In this document: positions 21,001 through 28,300 of the stretch, piece by piece
Layout of the letters: each line of letters starts with the position of its first letter
Position numbering within the stretch: position 1 is the stretch's first letter
IMG/VR virus record: IMGVR_UViG_3300033182_000157
Span: 16,036 to 80,035 of that record
DNA from: a virus
Length of the DNA: 64,000 nucleotides
Direction: 5' to 3' (one strand)
Notes under the pieces: generated by a model
Seen by the model: the letters and a program-made list of their open reading frames with translations, nothing else
Databases searched by the model: none
What the model was told of the DNA's origin: nothing
Translations under genes and position numbers: made by a program

Positions 21001-22588
21001 TTATACTATCTATAATAATGCTGCTCCTGAATATTCTTATATTCAGCGTCAGATAATTACAACAGATATTAGCACTTCGAGTTACGAACTAGATCCTAGT
21101 CCGTTTGGCAACTTACCAGCAGAAAACTTTGTTGTTGTATTTGCTGGAGACAAACTACTCAGTGGAGGCTATACAACTACATATACTGTTGATACAACTG
21201 ATAAGTTTACATTAGATTTAAGTGACTTTGATTACGGTGATTTTAGTGCTACCGGCACAGAAGTTTATATTAATGGCGAACTTAAACAACTTGGCGCAGA
21301 TTACCAACTTGACTTCGGAACAAACTCTATAAACATAGTAGACGGAAAAGTTAAACCAGGCGACAAAGTAAAAATATATATTTCAGATGACGCAGAATAC
21401 ACTATAGCAAATAATAATATAACACTAAAAGAAACATATCCAGATAATACTAGTATTATGGTAATGTCGTTCTTTAACATCGACGCTTTCGATGTAACTG
21501 AAAGAACTAAGGAAGTATTAAGTAGACGTAAAATTAGTTCTGACAGCGAATGGTATAGAAGTAGTGTTTCTGCTAGTGGCGGAACATTGTTACTACCTGA
21601 AAAAGTTGTAGATGCTAGCCAAGTGCTTGTTGCTCTTAACGGAAAATTATTAACTGCTAGTAGAGATTATAAACTGATTGAAGGTGGATCAGCAGTGCAA
21701 GTAGAGATAGAACGTCCTATAGCAAAAACTGACGAATTTACACTTGTAATTTTTGCTTACACTCCGGCAGATGAAGGGTTTGCTTACAGACAATTTATTG
21801 ATAGTTTAAACAGAACACACTTTAAAGCAATTAATACTGCTAGAGGTGCAGAATTAGCCCAAGATTTAAATTGGAACGACAGTGAACTTGTAGTTGACGA
21901 TGCTACAGAATTAGACGAACCTGTAGCAACTAGAAATATTCCAGGAATTATATTCATTGGTAGCGAACGTATTGAATATATGAAGAAAGATGGAAATATA
22001 TTAAGTCAGTTGCGAAGAGGTACATTAGGTACAGCAGCACCACAAGTTCACTTAGCAGGATCAGAAGTACAAAACCAAGGCAAGAGTTTAACAATTGGTT
22101 ATGAAAATACTGAAAAAACTAAAATATTCTATGGCGACGGAGTTACTAAACAAATTCCATTACCATTCGAACCTCAAATTGATCTAGGAACACTAAACGA
22201 TTCGTGGAATCGAGCAGATGAAGTAAATAACGTTGCTGAAGCAATTCCTGCTACTTATGGTTTAGCCAAAGACATTGAAGTGTTTGTTGCTGGTAAAAGA
22301 TTAGATAAAAATCCATGTACGATGTATACACCGTCCATTGATCAAGATAGTCCAAACGGCAATTTAGCAATCCCAGCAGGGTTTAGTGTAACACCAAATA
22401 GTGATGCTACTAAAGTAGGTTTAGCAGAGCCTCATGTGTTGTTAACGCAGGCTCCGGCTGCTGGAGATAAGGTTGTTATTAAGTTAAAACAAGGTGTAAC
22501 GTGGACAAAACCGGGAGAAAGTTTATCAGAAGCGGAAAATTCTATAGCAGAATTCTTGCGAAGACAAACAGTTTCGTTTCCTAAATAA
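9053..22588 (+). CDS. Giant multidomain baseplate/adsorption structural protein (4511 aa; gp7-position)
   Basis: Uninterrupted 13.5-kb ORF coupled to gp6 (TAATG). Starts with an LLPKYFRT motif and contains CBM5/12-like modules, FG-GAP-like repeats, GxGY repeats, repeated GDG..F/VNG beta modules and a coiled-coil insert. Confidence 0.75.
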   Translation: MADQEEINLPGGGESKKTSADLLPKYFRTNTNKKFLSATLDPLIQDGVIEKLNGFVGRKTSKAHTATDSYIPDVTKERQDYQLEPATVVKDYNDNVLFYKDYNDYINQIGVFGGNTANHSRLNAQEYYSWDPRVDWDKLVNYREYYWLSAGPVAIDIAGQEKGITSTYTVDLVDDAGDLAYVLNPDGLTRNPTIKLYRGQTYKFEVTSVDNPFFIKTRRTKNGAIYEEGVENNGIEEGVVTLTITQNTPDILYYMSDTDLALSGVIQVMSIEENTEIDVESEIVGKKSYQLKSGDYLSNGMKINFLGDVSPEKYASGNWYVEGVGKSITLVSEQDLEVPYKSQILEELQFDTTAFDSSPFDQLSEKDKDYITINRAALDGNQWSRANRWFHKDVIETSYRISGITSVLDQTTRANRPIVEFIPGIKLLNNGFRKISDVDLVDTFTTNIMAEIEGSIGYFVDNVELLSGMRVIFTEDTDSLVKGKIYEVKSIRFDNEKIISLIEVDTAQEGDTVVVKSGKDNTGTQFYFNGTTWTKAQQKLGTNQTPLFELFDKDGVSLTDTTKYGATEFAGNKVFSYKEGTGANDTVLGFPLTYLNINNIGDIVFECDLIVKSYNYVTNEQKFTIDAEDTFIHVYNKFFEWSPHSAWEKAISKSKQLVVKNYVADLIRNDFEIDVYNRAGDLTDVKTYVYVNDILQVIDEDYTLYTNNSRLFIRFTNDLQDNDTIIVKTESSASKNNNGYYEFPLNMQNNPSNENPDKITLGQLTNHVESITTFHPDLIGTFPGRSNLRDLPKQSAYGTRYVKHSGPLNIGLYHITDKATNIVKAIDFASREYTKFKKTFIDLVSTAELEDDVAQDVDNILQAMMEDKKTSDPFYNSGMVPFRAYNEIEHTVIDPEFLLYGITETYDNSLHQDKAILVYVNGVQLVHEQDYVFSNDNFVSITKTVEVGDKIIIREYDTLIGNYIPPTPSKLGLLPKKYPTKYTDNTYQNPVEVIQCHDGSIMTAYGDYRDDLILELEKRIFNNIKIEFSNDLIDINDFIPNGFRETDYSRQEVNRILEPMFLKWHKNIVNSYTDNSYFSPGLPKTYNYSTGEFNGKTLPGYWRGIFNYWYGTDRPHTHPWEMLGISNQPTWWEEVYGPAPYTGENLILWRDLEKGIIAEPGNKRVNKKFARPGLLSIIPSNASGELLSPIEANVAQNYETNELDINFVFGDEGPVETAWRKSSSYRFALLTAWILAKPAQLFGVYLDRAYTARDASGIIKYVDEYVNLSMLADKVSKTDLASGLISYINEWLYYNGSSNVNNYIYNLKNAKNQIGMKLAGFTEKDKFKLILDSRTPLNEGNVFIPSENYQVFLNKSSPTQSISYSGVIVEKRKGGFLVRGYDQKFPTFTYKKVIPSNADRAIRIGAISESFVNWAEGKTYVSGQIVNFEGGYFRVTEKHVSTGSFDNDKFASLPELPQTGGNSFYHREKFSAVDYITISYGHMFYTIQDVVDFLYGYAEYLKEQGFIFDNFDRENAILQDWATAIREYVFWTTQNWSEGTVVALSPGATMLSFDGEYAVVDDITNDFYDYEIYSSNGTRISINNLDISRDGTKFSIETTSDEGLYFARLHLVQTEHAIVLDNTTVFNDTIYDRPSGYKQDRIKVLGYRTVDWTGNLSSPGFIYDEIKVVDWEPYTVYRIGDVVKHKEYYYSANSKVISQDVFNEDNWSRIDNLNKSQLLPNFDYRAEQFTDFFDLDTDNFDLGQQKVAQHVIGYQKRQYLENIINDDVSQYKFYQGMILDKGTRNVLTKMFDKLGAADKESLEFYEEWAVRLSEFGAVDNFVELEYKIDEAQYRLEPQPFEIVDVKDTRSTDLVYRYTAEDVYAKYEGYNNQPFRQTEVQPNFLRSTGNVDSNDIDFNVKNYDDILGIDFTEVNDGTTIWVSFYGTTWTVKRVVETNVEFVDSIVNEDTGDFVITVNANAEALYTAGDIIGIRGVTTETDKFWKIKSVEGANITFETPDAIIQEPDPQDSTAVVIFDLVDARFDKIKDINESQLSRAFNFGEFIWVDDINGNWQVLQKQDAYKKIVATNPTQGVVSGFGSDFDVDEYTREMIVGDSVNQTTYIFNRSTDKAQFNKAQELELISNIPLDEYGSVVTLAKDANFAAVSAPGAGNIPTFFVGTWNLSTTYQKQDVVFYNGLWYTCLEDNTIGGSNPDVSDVWSATGHLPVGDGSSTLTGPAQGWVGIFQRNGAGFFDRIAVLQSPDPQDNARFGSNLQFAVVGERDYRLFVTAEGYDTYGKVFVFDWNANTTGWEYQPTKDLPLPATLEAGMKFGSKVVSTYKGNTVAVSSTEVSSAQGSVYVYNYDGSTYSLNQTITSSTFGVVPQNGDSLGEGLAIDYNGNYIAVGIPNYDDSELSITDAGRVEVLKLVGSTYVPLQTIRTLAVETQQFGVSLSLYGTTLVVGSSNGGSQDEGEVEVYNRYEDLYTYDDSLKLDTFTDGSTIVEFGKNVLAQRNHVFTGLVSWDGDSGAVIDFRKTKDNVWETYRKAENPADIKGIKSILLYNTRTNTLVKELDITDPLQGKILGVVEQELKYKTYYDPATYSVGINGVTVDAVDAWDATHEGEVWWDLTTSRFVNYHQNTPLYRANNWNKLDQHSSVDVYEWVVTEYKPSEWDAISDTAEGLSLGVSGKSKYGDEVYATAKVYDEVSKTFKTKYLFWVKGKRTTPDFSDRTVDVESMANLIADPRSQGYTFAAVTGTNSFVLFNCKQFLNDDEVAINFKFWTTADTDTNIHRQYQILSQGLDISQPNDTIVDKWFDSLVGFTKTGLPVPNVALSKKQRYGILNKPRQSMFKNRVEALKQFVEYANYVFANNIIVDDFDLAPLSAKEEYPAEYTNEWDILINDDFELELISTGKIKSAEIELVVEEGKIVDVAIIDEGRGYAKPPKIDIYGQGINAKLTAVLDTFGRIIDITIDNPGSGYLTGNDTFAIVRKYTVLSTNIENSGKWGIYEYDEVNSKWAIARIQSFDTTRYWNYKDWYASGYSSATPIDFQIAGSYELENLASKPNQIVKVTNIGTTGTWLLLKRLNNNDETDVNLNYQVVGRQNGTIELSSSLYNFEKNLLGYDGISYEEVPYDSVPVIELRNILEAIRNNIFVDNLIVEFNNLFFNSVRYVLSEQPTVDWIFKTSFVKAKHNVGELEQRTTYKNDSLSSYQDYVNEVKPFRTKVREFVSSYTKVEETQSVVTDFDLEKNNRIIVKDNQLITTDDNYLDYPNKHWTDNHTFNITSVEIADPGLGYQSVPEITFEGGGGSGAKARAFIGQGGKLTNVIIESQGSGYYSMPNVVINGSVDDTGRSAVLVPIIGNKTVRKNNLVIKFDRIQGTKVIETLDAVDTFTDTGILTEFSLRWPIDYQNGNVVVKVNSDELLESDFTFENRSKVVNDHTVNYGFVTITNLPDEDAITSVVIEYTKDVAFLNAADRIHYYYKPIDGQAADDLDALMLGVDYGGVNISGFGFEPVGGWADGEGWESVKWSGGDEAYKDVSLDGDGSEIVYTFGGTPEDGTVWNVYVNGIRIDDPNFGTPEQTNNSAEMETFIGDGSTTSITIPAQVAGAQIILRPSSSDGSFIPVGVDLDSVVTGGALNYTNATGYSPEDLTLDGDGFVTPTTGGSLEEHIPGQISESVNIFVYNIAKSGGPKVNTVSYVADGESKSFAYLAQPQSKDAIIVKVNNTILRPTDYKYTPNFAAYTDYLTGYKSEKQRAEDNVVSLQSQKTQLETDIANNTLALTTVQNDHAQKLSELTYWQNEVIGYQNLINNLLAQLSQLTPGTPQYAAKEQEIAQAQAGLAAAQAEVDTITNEIVILQQTESALTNTITADQNTLDDVNAEITSEEERIAKLEIDIQTTEDYLINPGKTIILNTTPNANDVVSITTFGTNGNDIIINDMFKGDGSTNEFVTPLKYTKDLRAFATVNGVKLSPRVFTTDGNYETAGRLGLRFDPVPPANSDIYYTIYNNAAPEYSYIQRQIITTDISTSSYELDPSPFGNLPAENFVVVFAGDKLLSGGYTTTYTVDTTDKFTLDLSDFDYGDFSATGTEVYINGELKQLGADYQLDFGTNSINIVDGKVKPGDKVKIYISDDAEYTIANNNITLKETYPDNTSIMVMSFFNIDAFDVTERTKEVLSRRKISSDSEWYRSSVSASGGTLLLPEKVVDASQVLVALNGKLLTASRDYKLIEGGSAVQVEIERPIAKTDEFTLVIFAYTPADEGFAYRQFIDSLNRTHFKAINTARGAELAQDLNWNDSELVVDDATELDEPVATRNIPGIIFIGSERIEYMKKDGNILSQLRRGTLGTAAPQVHLAGSEVQNQGKSLTIGYENTEKTKIFYGDGVTKQIPLPFEPQIDLGTLNDSWNRADEVNNVAEAIPATYGLAKDIEVFVAGKRLDKNPCTMYTPSIDQDSPNGNLAIPAGFSVTPNSDATKVGLAEPHVLLTQAPAAGDKVVIKLKQGVTWTKPGESLSEAENSIAEFLRRQTVSFPK

Positions 22589-22591
22589 ATA
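22586..22591 (+). promoter_or_regulatory. T4-late-like promoter box
   Basis: TAAATA built on the stop codon of the giant ORF, upstream of 22610. Confidence 0.5.
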
Positions 22592-22609
22592 CAGTTAGGT
22601 AGAGAAAAA

Positions 22610-23221
22610 ATGACAAATATTAAAGAACAAAATGGAATACACGTAGAAGGACATATTAAAATATATGACCCTGAAACTCAAGAAGTTTATGTGAATAAGC
22701 GTAATGCTATCCACTATGAAAACATGAGTATTGCTTTAGCAGAAAGTTTGGCTAACGCAGGTCAAGGTAATATTTACGAAATGTCGTTTGGTAATAGCGG
22801 TACTAGTGTTGACCCTACAGGGATTATCACATACTTAACTCCAAACTCTACAGGTACTAATGCTAGTTTGTACAACCAAACTTATAGTAAGGTTGTTGAC
22901 GATCGCAGCACAGAAAATACAGACCCACTAAGAAATAAAATTGAAACACGTCACGTAACTGGTGCAAACTACACTGACATTGTTGTAAGTTGCTTACTAG
23001 ACTACGGTGAGCCAGAAGGCCAAGATGCGTTTGATAACTCTACCGATACTGAAGGCTTGTTTGTATTTGACGAATTAGGTTTAAAAGCAAAACGCACCAC
23101 AGGCGATAACTTGCTTATTACCCACGTTATTTTCCACCCTGTTCAAAAGTCATTAAACAGACTTATTCAAATTGATTATACAATTCGTGTACAAAGTTTA
23201 ACTGGCGGCGGAGAAGGATAA
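22610..23221 (+). CDS. Virion structural protein (baseplate/tail-fibre attachment region)
   Basis: Position between the giant baseplate protein and the fibres. Motifs GHIKIYD..KRNAIH and FDELGL...THVIFHPVQKSLNRLIQIDYTIR. Confidence 0.6.
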   Translation: MTNIKEQNGIHVEGHIKIYDPETQEVYVNKRNAIHYENMSIALAESLANAGQGNIYEMSFGNSGTSVDPTGIITYLTPNSTGTNASLYNQTYSKVVDDRSTENTDPLRNKIETRHVTGANYTDIVVSCLLDYGEPEGQDAFDNSTDTEGLFVFDELGLKAKRTTGDNLLITHVIFHPVQKSLNRLIQIDYTIRVQSLTGGGEG

Positions 23222-23222
23222 T

Positions 23223-25316
23223 ATGGCATATACACTCTACTTTACAGACGAAACTAAAGAGCCAATTACGGTTGAAGACCTTACTCTTAATAATAGTACT
23301 GACTTAAACTTTGTAGGTAAAAATAGATCAGACTACGCTGTTGCTACAGGTGAGAACTTTTTACACCTATTAGAAAATTTTGCTAATATTAGTCCACCTA
23401 ATAATCCAATTGAAGGACAACTTTGGTACAACACAGCACGTAATGTTATGTACGTATTTGATAGTACACAATGGGTTGAAACAGGTGGCCTTAAAAAATC
23501 TTCTACAGCACCTACAGCACAACAAAGTCAAGAAGGCGACTTGTGGGTAGACGCTGGAACAAAACAACTTTACTTATTTGCCAACGGTGCTTGGATCTTA
23601 GTAGGTCCTGAATTTAGCGGTGGTAGTAAAACAGGTATTATAGCAGAAGAAGTTATTGACGTAAACAGCAATCCATACATGGTTGTTAAAGTTTATATTT
23701 CAGGTGAACTTGTAGCAGTGTTTAACTCAGCAGAAGAATCTGCTAGTGTTCCTTACATTCGTCCAAGAACACGTATTCCAGGATTTGATGTATTATACAA
23801 AGGTGTTACATTAAAGAATAGTCCAACTGGAACAAACTTCAAATACTACGGAACTGTAGAAAAAGCAGAAGCATTAAGTGTTGCTGGAAGCACAATTACT
23901 GCTGATAAGTTTTTACGTAATGATACAAGTGGATCAATAAACGGTAACTTACGTATTAAAAATGACGCAGGTGTTTACTTAGGTAACGAAGGTACATTTA
24001 ATCTTCGTGTACTTTCAGGAGCAGGTGTTATTTCAAATCTTGTATCTGGTAGTGACATACAATTTAAAATTAATGATTCTGGAACAACTATAACTCCATT
24101 AACAGTTACTAGCACAGGAAATATTACTATTACAGGTAACATAGAAAATGCTGGTACTATTACAAGTGCTGGCAGAGTAATTGTAGACAACACTCAAGGT
24201 TCAACGAATACAAGTACTGGTTCAATTAAAACTGCTGGCGGCATTGGCGTAGCAGGCGAGTCGTACTTTGGTAGCAGTGTAACATTTAACGATGATCTAA
24301 CAGTAAAAAATATTATTCCATCTGCTGATGCTACTTATACATTAGGTACAACAACAAACAAGTTTAGTGTTGTTAACGCTGAAACAATTCGTACAGATAC
24401 ATTAAACGTAGAAACTATTACAGGTAGTAACTTAACTATTGAAGGTAACGTAGAAAGTGCGTCAACACTTGCTAACGCTACTACATTTAGAATTACAGGT
24501 GACGTAATTAGTAATGATATTACTTTTGACGGAGCAGCAAACGCAGGAACTGGTACATTTGTACAAGAGTTTGAAACAGCATTAGGCTCAGGGTTGATTT
24601 CAACTAAGCAGTCATTAGCAGCAGTAGATATTAGCGACAACGACGAGATATTATTAAATGCTGTTGGCGATGATTTGCGTAAAACAACAGTTGGAAATTT
24701 ATTAGGTCTTGTACCTACAATGCCAATTGGAACAGTTGTTCCTTACGCAGGTGATTGGACAAATACAGCAACTAGACCAGCAGGGTGGTTACTATGCGAC
24801 GGAAGCCAAGTTAGTCAAACAACTTATGCTGAGTTGTATATTGTATTAGGCGGAGCAAACACTAATTACCAACAACAAACACAACCAGATCCAGGAAACT
24901 TTTATTTGCCGGATTTGAGAGGAAGAACAATATTTGGTGTAGATACAATGAATAACGTTGTAGGCACCGGCGGCGGAGCAGCAAACAGAATTGCTGATAA
25001 TGCCGCAGCAAGTTTAGGTGCGTTTGGAGGATCAGAAGAAAAAGTTCTTGATGCTAGTAACTTACCAGACCACACTCACAACTTTACATCAAATGGGCAA
25101 CAATTTTATGCGTACAGAGACTTTAATGACGGGGCAACAGGTAATGGTATATCTGTAACAGACTCTGGTACGACAACTAATGGGGGCCAGTTACTAAACA
25201 ATGCTGGCGACACTGTTGATGCTGACGGTAACACAGTTAGTTTATCACAGCCGCTAAACGTACTAAACCCATTTATGGCCCTTAACTTTATTATATACGC
25301 TGGGGAAACTTCATAA
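23223..25316 (+). CDS. Tail fibre protein with C-terminal tail-collar domain
   Basis: Collar motif MPIGTVVPYAG..PAGWLLCDG...FYLPDLRGR, HTH motif and terminal NPFMALNFIIY. N-terminal domain shared with the next two ORFs. Confidence 0.85.
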   Translation: MAYTLYFTDETKEPITVEDLTLNNSTDLNFVGKNRSDYAVATGENFLHLLENFANISPPNNPIEGQLWYNTARNVMYVFDSTQWVETGGLKKSSTAPTAQQSQEGDLWVDAGTKQLYLFANGAWILVGPEFSGGSKTGIIAEEVIDVNSNPYMVVKVYISGELVAVFNSAEESASVPYIRPRTRIPGFDVLYKGVTLKNSPTGTNFKYYGTVEKAEALSVAGSTITADKFLRNDTSGSINGNLRIKNDAGVYLGNEGTFNLRVLSGAGVISNLVSGSDIQFKINDSGTTITPLTVTSTGNITITGNIENAGTITSAGRVIVDNTQGSTNTSTGSIKTAGGIGVAGESYFGSSVTFNDDLTVKNIIPSADATYTLGTTTNKFSVVNAETIRTDTLNVETITGSNLTIEGNVESASTLANATTFRITGDVISNDITFDGAANAGTGTFVQEFETALGSGLISTKQSLAAVDISDNDEILLNAVGDDLRKTTVGNLLGLVPTMPIGTVVPYAGDWTNTATRPAGWLLCDGSQVSQTTYAELYIVLGGANTNYQQQTQPDPGNFYLPDLRGRTIFGVDTMNNVVGTGGGAANRIADNAAASLGAFGGSEEKVLDASNLPDHTHNFTSNGQQFYAYRDFNDGATGNGISVTDSGTTTNGGQLLNNAGDTVDADGNTVSLSQPLNVLNPFMALNFIIYAGETS

Positions 25317-28300
25317 TGGCATACAGAATCAATAGGACAGATGGCACACTGATAACTGAAGTTATTGACGGTACTATTGACAGCAATAGTATTGATATAA
25401 CACTTATTGGTAAAAACTACGCAGGGTTTGGTGAAATTCTAAACGAAAACTTTGTTAAGTTATTAGAGAATTTTGCGAGTGCTACAAGTCCTCAAAACCC
25501 ATTACAAGGCCAGTTGTGGTACGATAAAAACGAAAACCGTTTAAAAATTTATGATGGCTCACAATTTAGAGCAGGCGCAGGACCTATTGTTTCATCTAGC
25601 ACACCAGTAGGATTAGTTGCTGGTGATATTTGGATGGATAGCGCAGAACAAATTATGTACTTCTACGACGGTGTAGGAGATGCTGACGGAAATCCAATTC
25701 CAGCAAGTAGAATTTATAGTAAGACTCAAGGTAAAAGTGGCTTTGAAGCAGAAACTGTAAAAGATAATTTATTACAACCTGTAACAGTAACTAAAGTTTA
25801 TTCAGGTGGTGTGTTATTAGGGTTATATAGTCCAAGAGATTTTACACCGTTAGCAGGATTGTTAACAGAATTTGGTACTAGTATTGTTACCGGCTTCAAT
25901 GCTAGAGCAGATCTTAACTTTACAATTAACAATGCTACAATTGATAAAGCAAACTTCTTAGTAGACGGACAAAATATTAAACGTGATGCTTCACAATTTT
26001 TGCCAACGTACAAAGACGGACAAATTAACGGTAGTTTAAGTGTTGCTGACAACGATGGTATTACTATTGGCGCTCAAGGACAGGTTAGACATTACTTGTC
26101 TAGTGAATTATACAGTATTAGCAGTATCTATGACAACCAAAAAGTTGTGTTTGATGTTAGTGTAAATGGTGTTCGAGAAAATGCTATTACAATTAATACA
26201 CCTGAAAGAGCAGTTGGTATATTCCAACCAACTCCGTCATATGCTTTAGACGTTAGCGGCAATGCTAGAATTACAGGAAACTTGATTGTTGAAGGCGATA
26301 CAACAACTATTAGCACTTCAGAACTTAGTGTTGAAGATTTAAATATTACACTTGCGTCTGGAGCACTAACTCCGGCAGATGCGCAGGGCGGCGGTATTAC
26401 ACTCGCTGGAGCCAATGCTACATTTAATTATGATAGTACAGGTGATGCTTATTGGACGTCATCGGAAAACTTAAATGTTCCTAGCAGCCATGGTTACTAT
26501 ATTAATAAGGCAAGAGTTCTTAGTTACGATACTTTAGAATCTAGTGTAGTTAATTCTAGTTTAACTAACGTAGGGACACTAACAGATTTACAAATAACTG
26601 ATTCAGCAGGATTGTATTTACAAAATAGCGCAATACAATCAACAAACACAATTTCAATTCAACCGTCTACAGGTATTGTGATTTTTGGATCAGTCGGCGG
26701 AACTCCTTACACAGTACAATTAAAGAACTTAACAGATCCAAGTTCAAATTCAGATGCTGCTACAAAGGGGTATGTTGATACACTAGTTCAAAACAATGCT
26801 GGTGTAAACACTGTACAAGGTCAAAGCGGCACAGTACGTTTTGATTCTAATAGACTACCAGAAGGATCGCAAGGTGATGCTGTTTACTTTAACGGTTCTA
26901 ATTGGGTACCTGCTTCTTATACAAACGGCTTAGACGGTGTTAGTTTAGATTTAAATAGAAAATATTATACAGACGAGCGTGTACAAGCATATTTGTCTGC
27001 TAACAACTATACAACTACAACTTATGTAAACACTATTCGTGATAATATTGTAGGTACTCCTGCTCCTCCAAGCAACATGAATTCGTTAGCAGAAATAGCA
27101 GCAAGTATCGACAACAACCCAGATTTCAAAGCATACGTAGACGCAGAAGTTGCTACTCGTATTAGTGCTGGTGTAAACGTATTTGCTGGCGCTGGCTTAG
27201 TTGACGCAGGTAATACACAATTAACAAATGATATTACAATTAACGTAGGCGCAGGCAACGGTATTATTGCTACTGCTAGTGAAGTACGTGTTGATATGAG
27301 TGTGTTTGATACAGATGATTTGTCAGAAGGTTCTGTAAACTTATACTTCACAGCACTTAGAGCAAGACAAGCACTAACTGGAACAAACGGTGTTATCTAT
27401 AACGATATTACTGGTGCTATTGCTATTGGACAAGACGTTGCGGTTACTGCTGCTCCAACATTTGCTGGTTTGATTAGTACAGGTAATACTACATTAGGCG
27501 GTACAACTACACAGATTAACTCAACTAATTTACGTTTTGCTGGCTTAGAATTATTAATGAATTCAGATGAAACTGCTGCTCCGGTTGATAACGTAGCATT
27601 TACAGTTGAACGCGGTACATTAAGTAACGTTTCAATTCGTTGGAACGAAACAACAGATCAGTGGGAATTTTCAAATAACGGTGTTACATTTACTCCGCTA
27701 GGTAGTGCAAGTGTGTTTACTGGTGATACTGACGGCGTTCCAGAAGGTATTGGTAATCTTTACTTTACAACAGCACGAGTTGATGCTCACTTAAACGGCG
27801 GCACAGGCGTAACTTATAATACTGGTACTATTTCGATTGGACAAGACGTTGGTACAACTGCTACTGTAGATTTTGGCAACGTAAATGTTCTAAATGGTTT
27901 AGTTGATACTGACAACTTAGTAGTTGCTACTAGAGCAGAAATAGGCAGTATTGCTATTGAAAACAGTTTGATTACAAACAAAGATCCGTTAAATGCCGCG
28001 GTACAAATTGCGGCAACAGGAACAGGGTTAATTGAATTATTAAGTCCTACTACTGCTACAGATATGACAATAACACGTCTAACAGCAGACGGCGTATATA
28101 TTACAAACAATAAGATTACATCTGCTCTTTCTAGTTCTAACTTAGAATTAGATGCTGCGGGCGGCGGCATAGTTGATGTACTTACAAGTCTAAATGTTAC
28201 AGGCAACCTTACAGTACAAGGTACTACAACTACTGTAAATTCTACAACAGTAGAATTAGGTGACAATATTATTGTATTAAACAGCGGCGAAGCAGGATTG

